From NCBI GenBank assembly GCA_030666865.1, contig DAOUWZ010000002.1:24691-88690 (forward strand): a stretch of DNA of 64,000 nt, in the 5' to 3' direction. Of this stretch, positions 38,755 through 48,152 are shown one piece after another (position 1 is the first letter of the stretch; every line of letters begins with the position of its first letter). Under the pieces are notes generated by a model. It worked only from the letters and a program-made list of their open reading frames with translations, did no database searches and had not been told where the DNA came from. The DNA comes from a bacterium. Lineage in GTDB: Bacteria > Patescibacteriota > Patescibacteriia > S139-126. The translations under genes and the position numbers were made by a program.

Positions 38755-39291
38755 CTAAACCTTCCCTACAATTCTCAAATAAGTAATGCCAACACCATTA
38801 GCTAACAGCTCCTCTGCCGATATCCTTGGCAGAGATTTTTTATACCTCCACAAAATTTCTTGCTGTAATGCATTAATATCTTTGATGTGTGAAAATGAAT
38901 ATTGCCAAACATCAGCGTCAAGTTTTTCATAAGCAACACCCTCTTCAACATCTATACATTCGGCCATATAACAATTTTTAAAATCCAATAATGGTAATTG
39001 TTCATTTTTTTGATCAATAAAAAAACCAGGCTTAATTATTCTTGGCAAAGCATATAATTTACCTAGGCAATGTCCACTATATTCTAAATTAAAATGAGTA
39101 AATAAACCAATTGGCTCGGGAAAATTTTGATAATCTTTCTGATGTATTCTGATAATTCCATCTATTTTGTATGTCAGGCACGCATCAAAATTTGTAAGCA
39201 TTTTCTCCTGACCATCATTGTCTATGAACAAACACTTATCATTCAAACTTCTTTTTGTAAAAAATGGAATCATTATAGTTACCAAGATCAA
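38755..39291 (-). CDS. Hypothetical protein of 178 aa, the first gene of the accessory operon.
   Basis: An ORF only 3 nt downstream of gap. No family was recognised. Confidence 0.4.
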   Translation of the reverse strand: MILVTIMIPFFTKRSLNDKCLFIDNDGQEKMLTNFDACLTYKIDGIIRIHQKDYQNFPEPIGLFTHFNLEYSGHCLGKLYALPRIIKPGFFIDQKNEQLPLLDFKNCYMAECIDVEEGVAYEKLDADVWQYSFSHIKDINALQQEILWRYKKSLPRISAEELLANGVGITYLRIVGKV

Positions 39292-39293
39292 AA

Positions 39294-40292
39294 CTATTTG
39301 ACAAGTTCAATCATTTCTACCAAACGATTTGCATATCCCCACTCATTATCATACCAAGCAACAATTTTTACCATATCGCCATCGGTAACTTTAGTCAATG
39401 ATAAATCAACAATAGACGAAGCTGGATTGCCGATAATATCTGATGAGACCAAAGCCTCGTCAGAAACTTCTAAAATATTTTTATATCTATCAGTATTAGC
39501 AGCATCAATCAAAGCTTGGTTAACTTTTTCAACAGTCACTTTCTTTTTCAACAAAAATGTAAAATCAGCCAAAGAACCGCAAATAGTCGGCACCCTGACT
39601 GCTAAACCATCAAATATCCCTTTAAGTTCTGGTATAACTTGAGCAGTAGCGCTAGCTGCACCTGTAGTAGTTGGCACTATATTTGTTGCCGCCGCTCTGG
39701 CTCTACGCAAATCTCGATTCGGACCATCAACTAAATTCTGGTCAGCAGTATAAGAATGAATTGTGGTCATCGTGGCTTTTTTCACTCCAAAAATACTCTG
39801 CATAACCTGTGCCACTGGAGCTACACAGTTTGTGGTACAAGAAGCATTGCTAACTACATTATTCTTATTTTTCTTGTCAGAATTAACTCCTAGCACAAAA
39901 ATTGGAGTTTCTCCATCTTTCGGCGGAGCAGAAATAATTACACCGCGAGCCCCCGCTTTAATATGTAAATTTGCCATTTCAGTAGTTCGAAAAATTCCAG
40001 TACATTCAAGCACAAAATCAACATCCAGAGAACGCCATGATAAAGAAGCTGGATCTTTTTCTGAAAAAATTGCATACTGCTTACCATCAACCATAATATT
40101 CTTTTCATCATAAGATATTTCTTTATCATATTTTCCATAAACTGAATCATACTTCAATAAGTACACCAAAGCCTCAATATTACCCAAATCATTTATAGCC
40201 ACCACTTCCATATCATCCCTAGTTTGAATTATTTTGAAAGCAGCTCGGCCAATTCTGCCAAAACCATTTATAGCGATTTTAATTTTATCCAT
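39294..40292 (-). CDS. gap: Glyceraldehyde-3-phosphate dehydrogenase.
   Basis: INGFGRIGR and the active site SCTTNC. Confidence 0.9.
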   Translation of the reverse strand: MDKIKIAINGFGRIGRAAFKIIQTRDDMEVVAINDLGNIEALVYLLKYDSVYGKYDKEISYDEKNIMVDGKQYAIFSEKDPASLSWRSLDVDFVLECTGIFRTTEMANLHIKAGARGVIISAPPKDGETPIFVLGVNSDKKNKNNVVSNASCTTNCVAPVAQVMQSIFGVKKATMTTIHSYTADQNLVDGPNRDLRRARAAATNIVPTTTGAASATAQVIPELKGIFDGLAVRVPTICGSLADFTFLLKKKVTVEKVNQALIDAANTDRYKNILEVSDEALVSSDIIGNPASSIVDLSLTKVTDGDMVKIVAWYDNEWGYANRLVEMIELVK

Positions 40293-40311
40293 AATTATAA
40301 ATTAATTTTTA

Positions 40312-41094
40312 TTATTTTAATATATGTCTAATTATTTTATTGCCCTCGCTATCCAATTTTACATCAACAGCATTCTGTAAAAAATAACGAGATATTACCT
40401 TGCCACTACCTTCTGGTATTTTAATCTTTGTGCCAATTCTTGGTATTTTCTTATTTAATTCATCATACTGCTCATTTTCATAAGCCAAGCAACACTTCAA
40501 ACGACCGCAAATACCTGACAATCTATCCACTCCTCGATGAGCAATATTCTGTGTTTGAGCCATATCAGCCGAAACCTTGCCTAAAAATTTCAAATGCCCC
40601 TGACAGCACAATGCACAGCCACAATCACCAATATCACCATTTATTTTAGCTTCATCCCGAACACCAATTTGTTCAAGTCTTATATTGCCATGGTACCTTT
40701 TAGTAAGATCTTTTAAAAGATTGCGAAAATCTACTCTACCTTGAGCTATAAACGAAAAAATTAATTTTTCCTTGTCAAAAGAAAAATGAGCGTCAATTAA
40801 TTTCATAGACAAAGCATATTTTTTTACCAGCTCATGACAATATTCCAACGCTCCTTTTTCCGCAATATATATCTCTTTCAATCTATTGTTATCATCTTCG
40901 GTTGGCTTACCAATATATTCAACATATTCTCCGGAAAAATCTTTGGCAAAATCTTCTATAGAATCTACCTTGCCAATTTCTCTTCCCCATTCTGCTTTTA
41001 CTAATATTTTATCACCTACTTTAAAATCAGGATTATCAATTTTTATATAATACTTAGAATCCCAACAAACAAATTGTACACCCACTAATTTCAT
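40312..41094 (-). CDS. ricT: PSP1 C-terminal domain protein (RicT/YaaT-like).
   Basis: The Cys cluster CGCALCCQ...GICGRLKCCL is typical of the PSP1 domain. Confidence 0.7.
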   Translation of the reverse strand: MKLVGVQFVCWDSKYYIKIDNPDFKVGDKILVKAEWGREIGKVDSIEDFAKDFSGEYVEYIGKPTEDDNNRLKEIYIAEKGALEYCHELVKKYALSMKLIDAHFSFDKEKLIFSFIAQGRVDFRNLLKDLTKRYHGNIRLEQIGVRDEAKINGDIGDCGCALCCQGHLKFLGKVSADMAQTQNIAHRGVDRLSGICGRLKCCLAYENEQYDELNKKIPRIGTKIKIPEGSGKVISRYFLQNAVDVKLDSEGNKIIRHILK

Positions 41095-41108
41095 TTTTTA
41101 TACAATAA

Positions 41109-41795
41109 CTAGTTAATAACAGTTCCTAAACTCTTATTTTTTAACAATTTTTCCATACAACCTCTATTCCACTTAAATATACGCATGTTTAAATCATTGT
41201 CTCTGGCCAAAGCAAAAGCTGTCTGATCCATAACATTTAAACGATCCTTGAGTATTTGATCGTAAGTTAATTTATCATATTTTTTAGCGTTTCGAAACCT
41301 TTCTGGATCTTTATCATAAACACCATTTACTTTTGTCGCTTTCAATAAAACATCCACGCCAAGCTCCAAAGAAAAAACTACTGAAGCTGTGTCAGTAGAA
41401 AAATATGGCAATCCAGTTCCGCCAAATATTAAGACCATACCTGATTCATAATCCTGTTTAGCTCTTTCTGGTTGATGATGTGTTCCGACTTGAGAAATAT
41501 TTAAAGTAGAATCCAAAACCGCCTGAATTCCCAAACTTTCCAAAGTTGCTTTCAAAACCAAACCATTGGTCACCGCGCCGCACATACCCGCATAGTCAAG
41601 AATAGTCCGATTCAAATCTGCTTTAATTCTGCCGCCGCGCATAATATTGCCAGCCCCAACAACGACTGCGACTTTTTTTTTCTTAGCTGTCAAAACTTTT
41701 ATCTCTTTTGCTACTTGTAAAACCTTTGAGATATTGATGGCATCACCGCCTTTTTGAAAAAATTCTCCGGAAATTTTCAATAATATTCTATTCAT
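41109..41795 (-). CDS. pyrH: UMP kinase.
   Basis: ILLKISGE...AVVVGAGNIMRG, in the conserved pyrH position downstream of tsf. Confidence 0.85.
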   Translation of the reverse strand: MNRILLKISGEFFQKGGDAINISKVLQVAKEIKVLTAKKKKVAVVVGAGNIMRGGRIKADLNRTILDYAGMCGAVTNGLVLKATLESLGIQAVLDSTLNISQVGTHHQPERAKQDYESGMVLIFGGTGLPYFSTDTASVVFSLELGVDVLLKATKVNGVYDKDPERFRNAKKYDKLTYDQILKDRLNVMDQTAFALARDNDLNMRIFKWNRGCMEKLLKNKSLGTVIN

Positions 41796-41887
41796 ATAAA
41801 AAATATAAAAAATTAATCTAAATATTATTAATAATAAAACAAAATTGAAAAAAATTCAAAAAACCCTGACTAAAGTCAGGGTTTTTA

Positions 41888-42475
41888 TCATAAGCTATAT
41901 CTGACAAATTTATTAATTTTTATATTCTCACCGATTTTTGCTATGCTGGCAGTCAACAATTTTTCTATGGTTAATGAATCTTCCTTAATATAACTTTGCC
42001 TCAAAAGACATGTGCCGGCGTAATACTTTTCCAATTTACCTTCAATTATCTTTTCGATAATATTAGCTGGTTTATCAGAATCTTTCATTTCTTCCCGATA
42101 GATGTCTTTCTCTTTATTTTTTTCTTCTTCTGGAACATTATCAGGGGATAAATATTTTGGATTCATAGCTGCTACCTGCATAGCTAAATTGTTTGCTAAC
42201 TCTTTAAACTGATCAGTCCTAGCTACGAAATCTGTTTCGCAATTCAAAGAAACCATAGCCGCCACCCTGCCATTAGCATGCAAATACATTCCGATCAAAC
42301 CTTCAGATGCATCACGATCAGATTTCTTAGCAGCAATCTTTTGTCCTTTTTTTCGAAGTAACTCTATTGCTCTGTCAACACTGCCATTGGCTTCAACCAA
42401 AGCTTGTTTGGCATCCATCATGCCAGCTCCAGTTTTATCTCTTAATTCTTTTACATCACCTGCTTTAATATCCAT
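41888..42475 (-). CDS. tsf: Elongation factor Ts. The track ORF runs to 42535, but the start is placed at MDIKAG.
   Basis: MDIKAGDVKELRDKTGAGMMDAKQAL is the canonical EF-Ts N-terminus. The longer ORF would overlap rpsB. Confidence 0.8.
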   Translation of the reverse strand: MDIKAGDVKELRDKTGAGMMDAKQALVEANGSVDRAIELLRKKGQKIAAKKSDRDASEGLIGMYLHANGRVAAMVSLNCETDFVARTDQFKELANNLAMQVAAMNPKYLSPDNVPEEEKNKEKDIYREEMKDSDKPANIIEKIIEGKLEKYYAGTCLLRQSYIKEDSLTIEKLLTASIAKIGENIKINKFVRYSL

Positions 42476-42485
42476 ATTTTTATAA

Positions 42486-43247
42486 TTATTTTTTATTATT
42501 TTCCTCTTTTGGTTTGGAAACTGTTTTCTTCTCAACTACAGGAACTTTTTTGGCAAACTCTGCCTTGCCCAATCTTACTGCCTGAACAATCAAATCAGTA
42601 ATTAATTGCACTGACCGAATGGCATCATCATTAGCAGGAATTGGATAATTAACTTTATTAGGATTTACATTGGTGTCACACATTGCCACAATTGGAATAT
42701 TCATATTCCTTGATTCGTTGATAGCTGTTTTCTCTTCCTTAATATCAACTACGAAAATCAAACTTGGCAATTTACTCATTTTCCTAATGCCACCGACCTT
42801 ATACAAAAGACTATCATATTCTTTTTGCAAATTTAGTTGCTCTTTTTTAGTATACCGATCCCATTCACCTTTTTCTTTTTGCTTTTCAAGTTTTTCCAAT
42901 TTTTTAATCAACTTAAAAACAGTTTTAAAATTGGTAAATATTCCACCAACCCATTTCCCAGCTACATAGGGACTCTGAGAATCTATAGCGCCTTTTTTAA
43001 TAATATCTTTTATTTGCTTTTTAGAACCTACAAAAAGCACTTCCCCGCCTTTACTAGTTTCACTGATAATAAAATCAATGGCTTTATTAAGCTGTGTCTG
43101 AGTTTGCTCTAAATCAATAACATGAACTCCATCTCTAGAAGTAAAAATAAAAGGCTTCATTTTTGGATGCCACCGTGAAGTCTGGTGACCAAAATGAACC
43201 CCATTTTTCAACATCTCCATTAGAGATGGTAATGTAATTTTTGACAT
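42486..43247 (-). CDS. rpsB: 30S ribosomal protein S2. The track ORF runs to 43298, but the start is placed at MSKITL.
   Basis: LKNGVHFGHQTSRWHPKM is the canonical S2 N-terminus. Confidence 0.85.
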   Translation of the reverse strand: MSKITLPSLMEMLKNGVHFGHQTSRWHPKMKPFIFTSRDGVHVIDLEQTQTQLNKAIDFIISETSKGGEVLFVGSKKQIKDIIKKGAIDSQSPYVAGKWVGGIFTNFKTVFKLIKKLEKLEKQKEKGEWDRYTKKEQLNLQKEYDSLLYKVGGIRKMSKLPSLIFVVDIKEEKTAINESRNMNIPIVAMCDTNVNPNKVNYPIPANDDAIRSVQLITDLIVQAVRLGKAEFAKKVPVVEKKTVSKPKEENNKK

Positions 43248-43541
43248 ATTTTTATCCTTTCTATTATCCCCTATATAGGGATTCTCTATTTTCGTCATTT
43301 CAGCTTGTAGCCCAAAACATTGGGAGGAAACAAGTGATCAGAAAATATAAGTGGTAATTAATTAGTTAATTATTAAACTTGTTATGTAATAAAAAACCTT
43401 TTTTAGGTCAAAACCAGTTTACAACAAAATACAAATAATTGCAAGTCTTTTTATAATAGCAGACTCTTGCCAAACTTATTTGTATATGTTATCTTTATTC
43501 TACTTGTAAATAATTGATTTAATTATATTTGAAGAAAAGAT

Positions 43542-43820
43542 ATGAAAAAAGATATTCATCCAAAATATTATCTAAATGCCAAGGTTAACTGCGCTTGCGG
43601 TAATTCTTTTAAAACTGGTTCAACTGTAGAAAATATTCATGTTGAAATTTGTTCAAAATGCCACCCTTTTTATACTGGCAAATCAAATATTATTGATACT
43701 GCCGGCAGAGTCGATAGATTCAAAAAACGACAAGAAAAGTCAGTTAGTAAAACCAAAAAAACATTAACTGCTACACAAAAAAAAGCCAAAATTGCAAAAA
43801 GAAAAAAAAGTGACAAATAA
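43542..43820 (+). CDS. rpmE: 50S ribosomal protein L31 with a basic C-terminal extension.
   Basis: MKKDIHPKY...CxCG...[10 protein letters not shown]. Confidence 0.85.
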   Translation: MKKDIHPKYYLNAKVNCACGNSFKTGSTVENIHVEICSKCHPFYTGKSNIIDTAGRVDRFKKRQEKSVSKTKKTLTATQKKAKIAKRKKSDK

Positions 43821-43891
43821 CTATATTGATAAAAAACTCTGCTTTCTCTTAGGCAGGGTTTTTGTTATGATAAAATATATAAATTAATATT

Positions 43892-44941
43892 ATGGAAAAT
43901 AAAATAAAAAAATTAAATGATCAAAAAAACGATTTAGAAAATAAATTAGCCAATTTTTCCAATGATCCGCAAAAATTGAAAACTTTAGCCAAGAAATACA
44001 ATGAAACCAAAGAACTACTAGGACTTTACGAAAAACTCGGGCAAACAAATACCGCCATCAATGACGCTAATCAGACTTTAGCCGAAGGAGATGACGCTGA
44101 ACTGACAATTTTGGCCGAAGAACAAATCAGCAATCTGACTCCGAAAAAAAACGAACTGGAATTGCAAATTCAAGAAATTGAACACCCGATTTCTCCTTTG
44201 GATAAAAAAAATATCATTATGGAAATCAGAGCTGGTACTGGCGGCGAAGAAGCCGCCCTCTTTGCTGGCGACTTATTCAGAATGTACTCGCGTTATGCTG
44301 AAAAACAAAAATTTAAAATCTCCGTAATCTCTACAAATAGAACTGGTATTGGCGGATTCAAAGAAATTATTTTTTCAATTGAAGGAAAAAATGTCTACGG
44401 CAATCTAAAATTTGAATCTGGTGTTCATCGAGTGCAAAGAATTCCAGAAACAGAAAAATCCGGCCGAGTGCATACTTCCGCCGCGACAATAGCGGTTATG
44501 CCAGAGGCAGAAGAAATTGATTTAAAAATGGATCCAGCCGACTTAAAAATTGAGGCCAACACCTCCACCGGTGCCGGCGGACAATCAGTTAATACTACTT
44601 ATTCATCAATTCGCATCACTCACCTGCCAACTGGCTTAATAGTTAATTGCCAAGACGAGCGTTCGCAAACTCAAAATAAACTGAAAGCCCTGCAAGTAAT
44701 ACGTTCCCGCTTATTTGCGATAGAAGAAGAAAAAAGAATGGCTGAAGAATCAGCTATGAGAAAAGATCAAATCGGCTCTGGCGACCGATCAGAAAAAATC
44801 AGAACGTATAATTGGCCGCAAAATAGAGTAACTGATCATAGAATAAATTTAACCCTGCATAATCTTGAACAAATTTTAGATGGTGAACTTGATGAAATAA
44901 TTCAAGCATTAAAAAAAGTAGACAGAGCTAGCCAATCATAA
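43892..44941 (+). CDS. prfA: Peptide chain release factor 1.
   Basis: GGQ motif ([10 protein letters not shown]), a PxT-type tripeptide (PET) in [26 protein letters not shown], followed by prmC. Confidence 0.85.
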   Translation: MENKIKKLNDQKNDLENKLANFSNDPQKLKTLAKKYNETKELLGLYEKLGQTNTAINDANQTLAEGDDAELTILAEEQISNLTPKKNELELQIQEIEHPISPLDKKNIIMEIRAGTGGEEAALFAGDLFRMYSRYAEKQKFKISVISTNRTGIGGFKEIIFSIEGKNVYGNLKFESGVHRVQRIPETEKSGRVHTSAATIAVMPEAEEIDLKMDPADLKIEANTSTGAGGQSVNTTYSSIRITHLPTGLIVNCQDERSQTQNKLKALQVIRSRLFAIEEEKRMAEESAMRKDQIGSGDRSEKIRTYNWPQNRVTDHRINLTLHNLEQILDGELDEIIQALKKVDRASQS

Positions 44942-44994
44942 ACCGACCCACGTAGGTCATTACAATTATCATAAATAATAATCTTTAATTTGAA

Positions 44995-45018
44995 AAAGAG
45001 GCCTTTTGGGCCTCTCTT
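44995..45018. terminator. Bidirectional terminator aaaaagaggcc-tttt-gggcctctctt.
   Basis: A perfect GC stem between convergent genes. Confidence 0.7.
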
Positions 45019-45022
45019 AAAT

Positions 45023-45666
45023 TTAAAAAATACAATACGATTTAGTTAACAAAAATGCTATGGCAACATAAACGCCAGCAATAACATCATCTATCATTAC
45101 TTGATATCCGATCTTTAAAAGTATTGTATCAGATACCTGATGAAGCGCATTGCGAGGCGGTTCTTTCCCATTTCCGAATTGATTTTCAAAAATATCCTTG
45201 ATTTCCTCTTTTAATTTTTCTTCATATTTACCTATCAACGGCCATTTAAATATATCAAATAGACGAAAGAAGAAAAAAGCAATAATAAAATCTAAATAGG
45301 GTTAATGTATATACCATAAGCTTTTAAAATAAATATAGGCAATACGCCAATAAAAATTCCCGCAAATTCGTCAATTACTGTTTTGTCCATATCAAAGTAA
45401 ACTTGCTCGTCAGTATGCCTGTTCCCAAATCCTGATTTTTTGTAATCATACAATTCAGCCGTTCCTGTTATTATAATACCAATAAACGTAACGGCAATTA
45501 TCATAATTACAATAATCAGCCAAGATAGTCCAGCCTGATACATATAATAAGCTATCACGCTAGCCACTAAACTACCGGCTGTTCCCGGCGCAACAGGACA
45601 AAATCCTGAATAAAAACCGGTAGAAATAAACTTACACATTTCACATTGCCAATCTGAAATACGCAT
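45023..45666 (-). pseudogene. pgpA: Phosphatidylglycerophosphatase A (pgpA) split across two reading frames, either a frameshifted pseudogene or a sequencing frameshift.
   Basis: ORF 45292..45666 encodes the PgpA N-terminal and middle portions (GFYSGFCPVAPGTAGSLVA...VIDEFAGIFIG). ORF 45023..45238, in a different frame, encodes the C-terminal motif (GYQVMIDDVIAGVYVAIAFLL, matching E. coli GMGIMIDDIVAGVISAGILYF). Confidence 0.5.
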
Positions 45667-45977
45667 AATTAATTCCCCTTTTAAAAAATATATATTTATT
45701 AATTAACGATTAAATTAATTTACTTGTTTATTAATAAAATGTCAAGAAAATTAGCGTGTCTTAAGTGTCAAACACTGGGGCTTATCTATTCTTACAAACG
45801 ATTAAAATCCTCGTTCTGCTCTCCGTAGCTATCATAATTCTGATTCACGCTAATTTTCATTCGCTATCCTCCCCTAATGCCAAGTATCGGGGGTCTAAAG
45901 CGAAGGAGGGTCAAACATTTTGACTACGGATTTTTTTCGCTTGGTTTTTTACATAAAAAAAGATATTATTAAATTAT

Positions 45978-47135
45978 ATGAAAAAAATAGATTGTAAAAA
46001 ACTAGCGAATTTTTTTGGCTTAGTGCTAGTCTGGCGACTAGCTGTTCAGCTATTATTTTGGATAAGTAAAACTAGTTTCTCGCTCAATCCTGATATCTCT
46101 TACGAATTTGACAATCCCAATCTTTGGATTAATGATCTGCCAAACTGGCTCAAAAGTTTTGCCAATTGGGATTCAGGCTGGTATCTGAAAATCGCCTCTG
46201 ATGGTTATGAATATATTCCTGAGACTGCTGCTAATATAGTTTTCTTTCCATTATATCCCCTATTAATGCGCTGGCTAGCTTGGCTGATGAATAATCAATA
46301 TCTTTTGGCTGGAATAATTTTATCCCATACTTTTTTAATATTGGCAATCTATTTTTTTTATAAATTAATCAAAATAGATTTTTCTGAAAAAGTAGCTTGG
46401 CGGAGCGTACTTTATCTTCTAGTTTTTCCTGTTTCTTTTTTCTTAATTTCAGTCTACACGGAATCACTTTTTTTATTTCTGGTTATATTATCATTTTATT
46501 TAGCCAGAAAAAGAAAGTGGCTGCTGACTGGAATTGTGGGAATATTTTTAAGTCTAACAAAACCTTGGGGCATAACTATCTGTTTGCCGCTATTAATAGA
46601 ATACTTGGATCAAAATAATTTCAAATTTAAAGAAATAAAAGCCGATATCTTGTGGCTCGGACTGCCCTTACTGGGATTACTTTCTTATATGCGATTTTTA
46701 AAAGTAAAATTCGGTTCTTATTTCCTGTTTGTCAGCAGTCAAACTGCATGGCACGATGAATACGCTTTTAACTTTTTCAAAATAATAACCGACTATTTCA
46801 ATAATATATTTATAAACATTTCCGATAACTTATCATACCAAACTTCTATTACTTTTGATTTTAGCTTTTTTATTTTGGCATTAATTCTATCAATTCTAGT
46901 TTTTTTCTATGTCAGAAAATCATATGGGGTTTATGCCTTGCTAGCTACATTGATTCCGGCCTTCTCTGGAATAATGGTTTCTATGTCTAGATATATACTT
47001 ATTATCTTTCCTATTTTTATTTTATTAGCAAAATTTGGCAGAAAAAAAATAGTTAATTCTGGCGTTATGATTATATTTACTTCCCTCTTAGCCTATTTTA
47101 TTATTTTATTTGTCAATAATTACTGGGTAGCGTGA
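45978..47135 (+). CDS. Polytopic membrane protein, GT-C-type glycosyltransferase-like (PMT/PIG-V/DUF2029-like).
   Basis: About 10 TM helices, with an N-terminal loop NWDSGWYLKIASDGYEY typical of GT-C mannosyltransferase-like families. Confidence 0.4.
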   Translation: MKKIDCKKLANFFGLVLVWRLAVQLLFWISKTSFSLNPDISYEFDNPNLWINDLPNWLKSFANWDSGWYLKIASDGYEYIPETAANIVFFPLYPLLMRWLAWLMNNQYLLAGIILSHTFLILAIYFFYKLIKIDFSEKVAWRSVLYLLVFPVSFFLISVYTESLFLFLVILSFYLARKRKWLLTGIVGIFLSLTKPWGITICLPLLIEYLDQNNFKFKEIKADILWLGLPLLGLLSYMRFLKVKFGSYFLFVSSQTAWHDEYAFNFFKIITDYFNNIFINISDNLSYQTSITFDFSFFILALILSILVFFYVRKSYGVYALLATLIPAFSGIMVSMSRYILIIFPIFILLAKFGRKKIVNSGVMIIFTSLLAYFIILFVNNYWVA

Positions 47136-47193
47136 AACATGTAACATACAGCATATAACACGAAACAATTTAGATTAAATAATAAATAAACCT

Positions 47194-47229
47194 TGTTACG
47201 TAGCATGTTACGTAGCATGTTACGTAACA
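47194..47229. repeat. Tandem repeat (TGTTACGTAGCA)x2 followed by TGTTACGTAACAG, ending 1 nt before the prmC start codon.
   Basis: Read directly from the sequence. The motif is shared with the palindrome at 14422-14447. Confidence 0.75.
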
Positions 47230-47230
47230 G

Positions 47231-48058
47231 ATGACTATTAAACAAGCTCTTCTCTGGGCAACCAAAAAATTAAACCAAACTTCAAACTCCCCTCAGCTTG
47301 ATGCTGAGATTCTTTTAGCTTATTTATTCAACCAGCCCAAATCATTTCTATACACCTATCCAGCCAAAAAATTAACAACCAATCAAGAACAAAAATACAG
47401 AACATATATTGCCAAAAGAAAAAACCTTTATCCCATAGCTTATATTACTAATAACAGGGAATTTTATTACAATAATTTTTTTGTTGATGAAAATGTACTA
47501 ATCCCTAGACCAGAAACTGAACTTCTGATAGATGAAGCTATCAAGTTGATCAAAAAAAATAACATCAACCATATAGCCGATATTGGAACTGGCAGTGGCG
47601 CAATCGCTATCACTTTAAAAAAACTATTTCCCAAATCAAATATTTATGCAACTGACATTTCCAAACCAGCTCTTAAAATTGCCAAAAAAAACGCTACATT
47701 GCACCATGCTAAAATAAATTTTTTATATGGAAATCTACTAGAACCACTAAAAAATAAAAGTATAGATCTGCTGCTAGCAAACCTGCCTTATGTATCATAT
47801 GATATTTATCACTCAGTCAAATCAATTAAACATGAACCTCAAAATGCGCTGCTGGCAAAAAATAATGGCATCTTCTATTATCAAAATTTGATAGCTATGA
47901 TTCTTAAATCAAAACAAAAAATCAAATATTTGATACTGGAAATAAATCCAAGGCAGGAAAAACTTCTACAAAAAGACTTACAAAAACTCAAACCAAAAAA
48001 AATCTTAATAAAAAAAGATTTAAATAAAAAAAATCGTTTCATAATTATTTATTTATAA
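47231..48058 (+). CDS. prmC: Release factor glutamine methyltransferase PrmC (HemK).
   Basis: IADIGTGSGAIAITL and the NPPY-type motif NLPYV, located downstream of prfA. Confidence 0.8.
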   Translation: MTIKQALLWATKKLNQTSNSPQLDAEILLAYLFNQPKSFLYTYPAKKLTTNQEQKYRTYIAKRKNLYPIAYITNNREFYYNNFFVDENVLIPRPETELLIDEAIKLIKKNNINHIADIGTGSGAIAITLKKLFPKSNIYATDISKPALKIAKKNATLHHAKINFLYGNLLEPLKNKSIDLLLANLPYVSYDIYHSVKSIKHEPQNALLAKNNGIFYYQNLIAMILKSKQKIKYLILEINPRQEKLLQKDLQKLKPKKILIKKDLNKKNRFIIIYL

Positions 48059-48152
48059 AAAGGATAAATTACCCGGCAAATATATTTAAATCGTAGTGAC
48101 AGAGCACTGCTCTGTCACTACATTCTAACAACTATCACCCATAAACTATAAC

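Noticed and set aside
42486-43298. Long N-terminal extensions of rpsB (to 43298) and tsf (to 42535) in the ORF track
   Set aside because: The canonical S2 and EF-Ts N-termini start at internal Met codons (MSKITL, MDIKAG), and the extensions would make the two genes overlap by 50 nt. I used the shorter coordinates.
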